A stretch of DNA of 64,000 nt, from the NCBI GenBank assembly GCA_963750165.1, contig CAVVPN010000003.1:1632001-1696000 (forward strand). The letters are read 5' to 3'. The notes beneath the pieces are model-generated. The model was not told the DNA's origin. It saw nothing but the letters and a program-made list of their open reading frames with translations, and ran no database searches. This document shows positions 9,843-17,798 of this stretch, piece by piece. Made by a program: the position numbers and the translations under genes. Every line of letters starts with the position of its first letter. The stretch's first letter is position 1. The stretch comes from an uncultured Gemmataceae bacterium. Lineage in GTDB: Bacteria > Planctomycetota > Planctomycetia > Gemmatales > Gemmataceae.

Positions 9843-11114
9843 ATGCCCCCGATGCGACGCCTGGCCGAAACCACCGTACTGACGCTCTGCGGCCTGCTGC
9901 TGCTGCACGCCTTCGTCATCACGCTCTGCCAGGTTCCCGGCGGCAGCATGGCCCCAACGCTGCACGGCCGGCACCGCGTTTGCACCTGTCCACGCTGCGG
10001 TCTGCGCGTCACCGTCGGCCACGGCCGCGGCCGCAGTTACGACCACGCCGCCTGTCCGAACTGCGACTTCCGCCCACTGCCGCTCGACGGTGCCGATCAG
10101 CCGGGCGACCAGCTGTGGGTTTTGCAGCCGGCTTTTTTGTGGTGGCCGCCGGCGCGCTGGGAAATTATCGTGTTCCGCTGGCTCGGCGAGTTGTTCATCA
10201 AGCGCGTGGTCGGCCTGCCGGGCGAAACGGTGGCGGTCCACGGCGGCGACGTGTACGTCAATGGCGAACTGGTGCGCAAGTCGCTGGCGGAGGCGCGGGC
10301 GCTGCGCGTACTGGTGTTCGACGGCGATTGCATGCCGCGGCCGCAGACCTGGGCAGCGCGCTGGCGCACGGAGCCGGGCTACACTGGCAAACACCCGCTA
10401 ACCGGTACGGAACTGCACCTCGGCGGCGAACGGGATGGAAAGTGGCAGACGTTCACTTATGAGCAAGTTGCGCTCGACGATGGAAAAGCTCAACCCCTGG
10501 CCGACGAATACGCTTATAACGGCGGCGAACCCACACCCATCACCTTCGTCCACGACTTCCTGGTAGAATGCGAGGTGGAAGTGCTGGCCCCAACTGGAGC
10601 GCTGCTCGTGGGGCTGACGGATGGGCAGGATACGGTGATCGCGGAGGTCGCCATCAGCGGCGCGGACCAACCGAGCCGGTTGCGGGTGACCGGCGCGGCG
10701 ACATCGGCCCACGAACTCACCGGGGCGGGGCTGCTGCAACCCGGGCGGTCACACCGGCTGGAATTCGCGTTCGTGGACCGCCGGGCGATGCTGGCCATCG
10801 ACGGCCGTGAACCGTTCGCGGCGCTGGACCTGCCACCGGCCACGCATCGCGCCCCGGTGACGCGGCCGCTGCTCCTGGGCGTCAAGGACGGCCGCGTCGT
10901 GGTGCGGCATCTGCGGCTGTACCGCGACCTACACTACACCGACACGGGCCGCAACGCCGTGCGCGGGCAGGTTGTCCGGCTGGGGCCGGACCAATATTTT
11001 GTCCTGGGGGACAACAGCCCACTCTCCGAGGACAGCCGGTTCTGGCCCGGCAATGGGACGGTTTCGTCCGCCCAGCTGGTTGGCCGACCGTTGGGGCTGC
11101 CAGGCGGTCGCTGA
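9843..11114 (+). CDS. lepB: Signal peptidase I (S26) with CxxC Zn-ribbon insert, intact single chain
   Basis: GGSMAPTL (Ser), CPRC/CPNC, FIKRVVGLPGE (Lys), YFVLGDNSPLSEDSRFW. Confidence 0.85.
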   Translation: MPPMRRLAETTVLTLCGLLLLHAFVITLCQVPGGSMAPTLHGRHRVCTCPRCGLRVTVGHGRGRSYDHAACPNCDFRPLPLDGADQPGDQLWVLQPAFLWWPPARWEIIVFRWLGELFIKRVVGLPGETVAVHGGDVYVNGELVRKSLAEARALRVLVFDGDCMPRPQTWAARWRTEPGYTGKHPLTGTELHLGGERDGKWQTFTYEQVALDDGKAQPLADEYAYNGGEPTPITFVHDFLVECEVEVLAPTGALLVGLTDGQDTVIAEVAISGADQPSRLRVTGAATSAHELTGAGLLQPGRSHRLEFAFVDRRAMLAIDGREPFAALDLPPATHRAPVTRPLLLGVKDGRVVVRHLRLYRDLHYTDTGRNAVRGQVVRLGPDQYFVLGDNSPLSEDSRFWPGNGTVSSAQLVGRPLGLPGGR

Positions 11115-11144
11115 GCGCGGCTGCCACTTTTACAGGGGTAGGGC

Positions 11145-11620
11145 ATGACCGAGGACCTGGGCAAGAACGTGAACGACAATGGCGCGCCGCTGCGCGAACG
11201 GGTGGCCGCCGTGCCCGTCCCCAGCGACAAGCTGACCAGTCCCCCCCGCCGCTGTCCGGCCGCCGGGCGCTGGCCACCCCCGAGCCGGGCAAGTCGCCGC
11301 AGCCCCCCGAGCCCAAGGACGGCACCCGTGAGGTCATCGACACCATCGTCATTGTGGTGGTGCTGGTGCTGTTGCTGAAGGGGTTCCTGGCCGAGGCGTT
11401 CGTCATCCCGACCGGCTCCATGGCGACAACGTTGCTCGGCTACCACAAGGTGGTGACCTGCCCGGAGTGCGGCCACCAGTTTTCGGTGAATTTCAGCAAG
11501 GAGGCCGACGCCGCCGAGGAGAACCCGCAGCCCATCATTGGCTGTACGTGCGAGAACTGCCGGCTGCACATCGAATTCCCCCAACCCGGGCCGCAGCAAC
11601 GCCGACCCCCTGGGCCCTGA
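11145..11620 (+). CDS. Signal peptidase I N-terminal subunit: TM, catalytic Ser box, Zn ribbon (probable 1-bp loss in the C-run at 11241-11247)
   Basis: REVIDTIVIVVVLVLLLKGFLAEAFVIPTGSMATTL, CPEC...CENC, Pro-rich tail, TGA at 11618-11620. Confidence 0.8.
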
Positions 11621-11674
11621 CCCGCCTGCCCCGCGTCCGGCCCCGGCCACCCGCACAACTCAAGGACCCCTGTC

Positions 11675-13189
11675 ATGCGACGATACCTGCTCTGCCTGCT
11701 GCTCGTGACGTTGTGCGGCCTCGCCGGCTGCGGCGGCCCCTGGAGCAGCGGCGACCGCGTCCTGGTCGCCAAGTTCCTCTACGACAGCGCCGCCATGCCG
11801 CCACAGCGTTACGACGTGGTGGTCTTCAAGTATCCGCGCACGCCCGTCGAGAAGGGTACTCCCAAGAACTACATCAAGCGACTGCTCGGCCTGCCCGGCG
11901 AGATCATTGCCATCTTCTTCGGCCGGCTGTATCGCTACGCCCCGGAAAAGGTGCCCGTCGATTATTCCCGGGTCGATCCCAGGGATCTGTGGAAGAACGA
12001 GAACCTGATGGACACGGAGCCGCTGAAGTTCTCGAACCTGGACGACTACCCGCCCGAGCAACGGGCCGTCCTGGAGAAGCGCCGGCAGGAGGGCAAGACC
12101 TTCATCGAGGACTCCTGGAAGGAGGGCAAGTTCACCATCCTGCGCAAGCCACTCGACACCCTGATGGCGCTGCGCCGCGTCGTGTACGACAACGACAAGC
12201 CGGCGAAGGACCTGGAAGGCGTTCTGCCGCCGCGCTGGCAGCCCTGGGACAAGACGGTCGTCTGGAAGGCCAGCGCTGACCACGGCTTTCAGGCCGACGG
12301 CTCCGGCAACGTCGAGCAGTGGCTGCGCTATCAGCACATCCTGCGGCCCGGAGACTGGCCGAAGCGGTCGAGCCCCATGTACGCCGCGGAAGTCGAGGGG
12401 ATCAAGCAGCGTAAACAGGATCCGCAACTAATCACCGACTTCATGGGCTATAACACCTACGAGACGGCAGGCCCTCAGCATCTGCGCTCCCAGCACTGGG
12501 TCGGCGACCTGATGCTGGAGTGCCAGCTGACCGTCGAGGAGCCGCAGGGCGAGGTCTGGCTGGAGCTGTCGCGGGGTGTGGACCGCTTCCAGGCCGTGTT
12601 CGATCTGGCCAACGGCCGGTGTACGCTCTACCGTCTCGTGGCCAGGGACGCCGGCGGCTCCCTGCGGAAGGAGAAGATGGCCGCGGCGGACACGCGCGTC
12701 AATGCGCGCGGCAAGTACCAGCTGCGCTTCGCCAACTTCGATGACCGGCTGACGCTCTGGGTGGACGGCGACCTGCCGTTCGGCGATGGCCAGGAGTACG
12801 CGGCGCCGCCGGAGCACGGCCCCGACGCGCGCTCGGCCGAGGTCAACAACGACCTGCACCCGGCGAGCATCGCCAGCAAGGCCGCCAAGGTGCAGGTCCA
12901 CCACCTCAAGTTGTGGCGCGACACGTATTACACGAAGGTGCCCTCGGACGCGGACGCCGTTCCGACCGAAGCGGGCGCGGACGGTTGGTCCAACCCAAAC
13001 AGGTGGGGGCCGATCCGCAACATCACCTTCCGCGGCATGTACGTCCATCCGGGCCATTACCTGTGCCTGGGCGACAACAGCCCGGAGAGTTCCGACAGCC
13101 GCGACTGGGGCCTGGTGCCGGAACGGCTGCTGCTCGGGCGGGCGCTGATGGTGTACTTCCCGCTGGAGCGTATGGGGCGGATCAAGTAA
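11675..13189 (+). CDS. Signal peptidase I C-terminal subunit with lipoprotein signal peptide (catalytic Lys half)
   Basis: MRRYLLCLLLVTLCGLAGC, then GDRVLVAK, YDVVVFKYP, NYIKRLLGLPGE, LGDNSPESSDSRDWG; no GSM Ser box. Confidence 0.85.
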   Translation: MRRYLLCLLLVTLCGLAGCGGPWSSGDRVLVAKFLYDSAAMPPQRYDVVVFKYPRTPVEKGTPKNYIKRLLGLPGEIIAIFFGRLYRYAPEKVPVDYSRVDPRDLWKNENLMDTEPLKFSNLDDYPPEQRAVLEKRRQEGKTFIEDSWKEGKFTILRKPLDTLMALRRVVYDNDKPAKDLEGVLPPRWQPWDKTVVWKASADHGFQADGSGNVEQWLRYQHILRPGDWPKRSSPMYAAEVEGIKQRKQDPQLITDFMGYNTYETAGPQHLRSQHWVGDLMLECQLTVEEPQGEVWLELSRGVDRFQAVFDLANGRCTLYRLVARDAGGSLRKEKMAAADTRVNARGKYQLRFANFDDRLTLWVDGDLPFGDGQEYAAPPEHGPDARSAEVNNDLHPASIASKAAKVQVHHLKLWRDTYYTKVPSDADAVPTEAGADGWSNPNRWGPIRNITFRGMYVHPGHYLCLGDNSPESSDSRDWGLVPERLLLGRALMVYFPLERMGRIK

Positions 13190-13249
13190 GGTTTTTTCTC
13201 CCTCCCCCTGGTGGGAGGGAGTCGAGCTGAGAGCCAGCGCAGGGACGCC

Positions 13250-13633
13250 ATGTTGAGCTGCGACACCACCATCCGCGTGCGCTACGCGGAAACCGACCGC
13301 ATGGGGCTGCTGCACCACGCGAACTACCTGGTCTACTTCGAGCAGGGCCGCACGGAATTATTGCGCACGCGCGGCTTGACGTACAAGGATCTGGAGGACC
13401 AGGGCTTTCTGCTGGTGCTGACACGCCTGCAGGTGCGCTACCGCAGTCCGGCGTTTTACGACGACTTGCTGACCCTGCGGACAACGGTCGTGCGGACAAC
13501 GCTGGTAAAGATCGAACACAAGTACGAGTTGTACCGCGGCGAGACGCTGGTGGCGGAGGCGGAGACGACGCTCGGCTGCGTTGATCGCCAGGGGCACGTG
13601 CAGGCGCTACCGGAATTCTTGCGTCAGGAATAG
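13250..13633 (+). CDS. YbgC/FadM-family acyl-CoA thioesterase
   Basis: IRVRYAETDRMGLLHHANYLVYFEQGR hot-dog fold motif. Confidence 0.9.
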   Translation: MLSCDTTIRVRYAETDRMGLLHHANYLVYFEQGRTELLRTRGLTYKDLEDQGFLLVLTRLQVRYRSPAFYDDLLTLRTTVVRTTLVKIEHKYELYRGETLVAEAETTLGCVDRQGHVQALPEFLRQE

Positions 13634-13735
13634 TCAATAGTCATTAGTCATTAGTCATTAGTCATTAGTAACCCGGGTCTCCGCCAAGGGCAGGAATTTG
13701 GATTACTAATGACTAATGACTAATGACTAATGACT
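13631..13735. repeat. Inverted heptamer arrays (TAGTCAT)n ... (ATGACTA)n
   Basis: About five units on the left and four on the right around a unique spacer. Confidence 0.9.
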
Positions 13736-13753
13736 CCTCCGAAGGAGGCTGCT

Positions 13754-14281
13754 GTGCGGCGAATGGTGATTCGGCTGGTGCTGCCGCTGATCCTGTGTGC
13801 CCTACCGCTGCTGGTCGCGGCCCTGGTGGCGACCGCCACGCCCGCCGCCGCACGCACCTTCTATCTGCACCGCGTCGCCGACTCGCCCATTGACTGGATC
13901 ATTCTGGGCCTGGGGCTGAGCCTGTTCACGATGCAGCTGATGCTCACCTGGCGGGCGCTGCAGTGGCGCGGCGGCGGCTTCGACGAGCGGCCCGACCACT
14001 GGCTGAACAACCTCGCCCAGGCCGCCGAGTGGTTTCCCATGCTTGGCCTGATCGGCACGGTGACCGGCATCCTGCAAACTTTCAGCACCATTGCCGAAGA
14101 CCCATCGGTAACGACCCGAACCATCATCGGCCTGTACGCCCCGGCCATCACCGCGACTGGCAGCGGCCTGTTCATGGCCCTGATTAATATCCTGCCGACG
14201 TGGGTGGTGCTGCTGGGACGTGACCTGATCCTGTCGCTGGGCGGCAGCGGCCCGTCGGCCTCGGGGGGCCCGCGGTCATGA
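13754..14281 (+). CDS. MotA/TolQ/ExbB proton-channel family protein (short, divergent)
   Basis: FPMLGLIGTVTGILQTF...APAITATGSGL; AAGGAGG RBS before GTG 13754. Confidence 0.8.
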   Translation: MRRMVIRLVLPLILCALPLLVAALVATATPAAARTFYLHRVADSPIDWIILGLGLSLFTMQLMLTWRALQWRGGGFDERPDHWLNNLAQAAEWFPMLGLIGTVTGILQTFSTIAEDPSVTTRTIIGLYAPAITATGSGLFMALINILPTWVVLLGRDLILSLGGSGPSASGGPRS

Positions 14282-14781
14282 TCCACATGCCCCGGCGCAG
14301 CGTCACGCGCTTCTTCATCCCGCTCATCGACGTGATGATCCTGCTGTTCTGCATCTTCCTGCTGCTGCCGGTCTTCAAGGAAGCGCCCGACAACCCCGAT
14401 GCGGACGCCAAGAAAAAGTCCCTCAACCAGGAGGAGGAGTTGAAGAAACTCCGGGCCGAACTGGCTGAACTGCGCAAGGGGCAGCGCGGCGTGGCGGTGC
14501 GGGTGCTGGAGGTGGACCCGCGCACCGGCGCCCTGTTCTATTACCAAAAAGGGGAGCGGCAGGATCTGGACTCGGCGGCGAAGGTCGCGGCGCTGGTCGC
14601 CCGGCACGAGCGCGAGGCGAAGGACCAGGCCGCAACGGGTTCGCCCGCGCCGGAACTGCGCTACATCATCCTCTACCCGCCGCCGGCGCTGGAGTCCGTC
14701 CAGCCGACCGGCAACCGGTTGAAGGATTACGAGCACTGGTTCGGCAAAACGCACTACGTCCTGGATAAGCGCGGCGGCTGA
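14278..14781 (+). CDS. ExbD/TolR-like protein
   Basis: FFIPLIDVMILLFCIFLL TM with conserved Asp; ATGA overlap with upstream gene. Confidence 0.75.
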   Translation: MIHMPRRSVTRFFIPLIDVMILLFCIFLLLPVFKEAPDNPDADAKKKSLNQEEELKKLRAELAELRKGQRGVAVRVLEVDPRTGALFYYQKGERQDLDSAAKVAALVARHEREAKDQAATGSPAPELRYIILYPPPALESVQPTGNRLKDYEHWFGKTHYVLDKRGG

Positions 14782-14867
14782 TCGGCCCGGCGTTGGCAGC
14801 GCCGCCTGCAGTGGCACACCCAGCCATCCTCTGCCTACTTCGAGAGGCGTGCCAGAGGAGTGAGATC

Positions 14868-15575
14868 GTGACCGAGTCGTTTGCCCCGAGCGTGCCGTTG
14901 GCGGCCCTGGACTTCAGCCTGCTGCCCGAAGTGCTGCAGCTCGCCATCCGCTTTTTCCTGGCCGTGGTGGCCGCCGTCGTCGCCTGGTTCGTGATGGGCC
15001 CGGTGGCGCGGCTGCTGTATCGCCTGGCGTTCCAGCGGCCCATGCCCAACACGCTGGCGGGCTGGTCGCAGCTGGTCGGGGCCGTGATCGTGGGCGTGCT
15101 GGTGTTCCTGTTCCTGCCGCCGTTTGGCGGAGGCGGCGGGGGCGGCGGCGGCCTGTTCGGCGGCGGCGGTGGCAACGGCACCGCGAAAAAAAATGGCAAG
15201 GGTGAGGGCAGCGACCAGACCGGCAAGGACGCCAGGGATGGCGGCACGAAAAAGGAGCGGCCCGACGTGCTTGAAGTCGAGATGGCCCCCGATGGGCTGT
15301 ATGAGTATGGCAGCGGCCGCTACTACCTGCTGTACACGCCGGAGACGCCGCGCAGTTTCGCCTCGGCGCAGGAGTACCGCAAACACCTGAAAACGCTGGC
15401 GGAGGTGAAGGACTACCTGGAGGCGAACGCCAGGCGGTACAAGGAGATGGACATCCTGATTTATGGCAACAGTGCCGAGCCGGGCAGTCCTATCGTCCTT
15501 GCGTTGACAAATCTGGCCGATCAATTCCGCCTGCCGTATTTGAAGCGGCCCCAGGGCAAGCGCAAGACCTTGTAG
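14868..15575 (+). CDS. Membrane protein with two TM helices, Gly-rich linker and soluble domain
   Basis: Hydrophobic segments followed by a poly-G/K linker; GAGGAG RBS before GTG 14868. Confidence 0.7.
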   Translation: MTESFAPSVPLAALDFSLLPEVLQLAIRFFLAVVAAVVAWFVMGPVARLLYRLAFQRPMPNTLAGWSQLVGAVIVGVLVFLFLPPFGGGGGGGGGLFGGGGGNGTAKKNGKGEGSDQTGKDARDGGTKKERPDVLEVEMAPDGLYEYGSGRYYLLYTPETPRSFASAQEYRKHLKTLAEVKDYLEANARRYKEMDILIYGNSAEPGSPIVLALTNLADQFRLPYLKRPQGKRKTL

Positions 15576-15615
15576 CGGTCGGCCCGCGCCCGCGGTCAGC
15601 AAGGGAGCGACCATC

Positions 15616-17305
15616 ATGGACCAGGCGAGTCCGAGCACGCAGACGGCCCCGGCGGTGTCGAGCCGGTCGCTGCGCGTCGTCCTGTTCGGCATGCCCAAGG
15701 CCGGCAAGTCATCGTTGCTGGGCGCCCTTGCTCAGGCGGCACAGACGCAGGAGCACATCTTCAACGGCCGTATCCTGGACAAATCGCAGCGGCTCCTGGA
15801 ACTGCAGCGCCGCCTCTACGAGGGCCGACCGCGCGAGACCCTGGAGGAGGTCGCGGCCTATGACATCGCGCTGCAGCCCCTGGGCGGCAAGCCCGGCGAA
15901 CCCACGGCCGGGACGGTGAACGCCACGCTGATCGACTGCGACGGCCGCGTCGCCAACGAGTTGCTGGCCAGGGATGATCTGAACGGCACCGGCCGGGCGC
16001 TGGCGCGGTCCGTGCTGAATGCGGACACGCTGGTGCTGGTCGTGGACGCCTCCACCGATGCGGGGACGCTGAAACAGACCTTCGGCCAGTTCGCGCAGTT
16101 CCTGCGGGCGCTGGAGATGAGCCGTGGCGAGCGCACCGAGGTCGGCGGCCTGCCGGTGTACCTGGTGCTGACCAAGTGCGACCTGCTGGCGCAAAAGACG
16201 GACACGACCGCCGCCTGGATGGATCGCATCGAGGAGCGCAAGCGTGAGGTGAGCCAGCGCTTCAAGGACTTCCTGGCGGTAAACGAAGGCAGCGACGGGG
16301 TGCCGTTCGGCAAGGTGGAGTTGAACGTGTGGGCGACGGCGGTGAAGCGGCCGGCGCTGGCGGACGCGCCGGCGCGGCCGGTGGAGCCGTATGGCGTCGC
16401 GGAGTTGTTCCGCCAGTGCCTGGAGTCGGCGGCGGCCTACCGGGAGCGGCGGACGCTGGCGAGCCGGCGGTTGCTGTTCACGCTCGGGGTCGCGGGCGGC
16501 GTCGTGGTGGCGCTGGTGCTGCTGATGCTGGTGCTGGTCCTGAGCCAGCCGTCGAAGGAAGCCACCGCGCTGAACGACGAGGTGCGTCGCTACATCGCCG
16601 CCAACGACCGGCCGGCGGAGCGCTTCCAAAACATCGACGACAAGCTGGAGCAGCTGAAGCACTTCAAGGACAGCCCGGATTTCGCGCGGTTGCCGGAGGA
16701 CTATCGCGCGGGTCGCTGCCGACCTGAAGGCGTTGACCGAGTACAAGCGCTTTACCGAACAGGTGCGCGAGGTCGGCAAGACGTTCAGCTTCGACCTGAA
16801 CCGCGTGCCGGACGACGCCGAGGAGAATCTGAAGAAGATTCAAATGGACTTGAAGGCGCTCAAGGAGCAGCAGGTGAAGTTGTCGGTGTCGCCGGAGTAT
16901 CGGGCGGCCTGGTCCTCGTCGGAGACGGTGCGGCAGCTGGACCAGTGGCTCGCGGACCTGCACATCCTGGACGCGGAGAAGGAGCAGGTTGTCCAGGAAT
17001 ATAATCAGCTGCTGCAGGAGGGCGCGGAGGCGCTGCGGCAGGGCCGGGCACGGTTCCAGAACGAGAAGGTCATCAAGGTGGAGGATCTGGATCGGGTGGA
17101 GTCGCTGAAGAACCGGTCGAAAAGGCTGGCGGAGCGGCGCACCGCGCGGGCGGACGAGTTGCTGCCTGGCGCGGCCGAGGTCAAGAACGCCCTGCTGTTC
17201 CGGTTGCGCAGCGTCCAGGCGGCGCAGCGGCGGTGGGAAGTCAGCGACGTGAAGCGGGACCTGGAAGATTACCTGAACTACATTAAATCCAGGAGCAGCG
17301 GATGA
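15616..17305 (+). CDS. Membrane-anchored P-loop GTPase with C-terminal coiled coil (frameshift near 16705-16730)
   Basis: G1 GMPKAGKS, G3 DCDG, G4 TKCD, TM LLFTLGVAGGVVVALVLLMLVLVL; helical continuation in ORF 16733-17305. Confidence 0.75.
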
Positions 17306-17340
17306 GGCCGCTTGCGCGAGCTGGGGCCGTGGACGCTCGA

Positions 17341-17550
17341 CTAGAGCGGTTCGCGTTTGGGTAGCGCACAAGTCGTGGGACGGCTCTCCAGAGCCGTCAG
17401 CGTTCTCCCGACGGCTCTGGAGAGCCGTCCCACGACTTGTAGTCCACGCGACTGGGAACCGCTCTAGAGCGGTTCGCAGTTGGGTGTAGCGGAAGTCGCC
17501 AGACTTCCGTCCGGTGCTGCTCGGAAGTCTGGCGACTTCCGCTACACCCA
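17341..17550. mobile_element. Tandem CTAG-bounded elements, each carrying a REP doublet
   Basis: CTAG-AGCGGTTC...GTGG-GACGGCTCTCCAGAGCCGTC...inverse...GAACCGCT-CTAG (17341-17467), then AGCGGTTC...GTAG-CGGAAGTCGCCAGACTTCCG...inverse-CTAC (to 17545). Confidence 0.75.
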
Positions 17551-17798
17551 GTCGCAATCTGCAATAACAGCAACCCATCCACGGCAAAAGTTTCGAGGTC
17601 GAGTTGAGCAGCGGTCCCTGCGGCGGCAAGGACGTTCCCGGTGGTGCGGTGTCGCCCTTCACTGGCAAATCCGTGCAGACGATCCTGAACGGGCATTACC
17701 GGCTCGTGGTCCCAGAGTCCGAAGCCGTAGCGGGGGATATTCTGGTTTGGGGGACGACACGCCGCGCTCGGTCCCACGCAGAGCCTGGGACCGAGGGT

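Noticed and set aside
11618..11674. Selenocysteine or readthrough at the in-frame TGA between the signal peptidase halves
   Set aside because: It is not at a catalytic Cys position, no SECIS-like hairpin is evident, and the downstream RBS and lipobox favour independent translation
13631..13735. CRISPR array (also considered for the other short-repeat clusters)
   Set aside because: Units are 7-9 nt in tandem without unique spacers between them; no cas genes
13754..14781. Zorya ZorAB or flagellar MotAB
   Set aside because: No long ZorA tail and no OmpA-like peptidoglycan-binding domain; the TM motif is ExbD/TolR type
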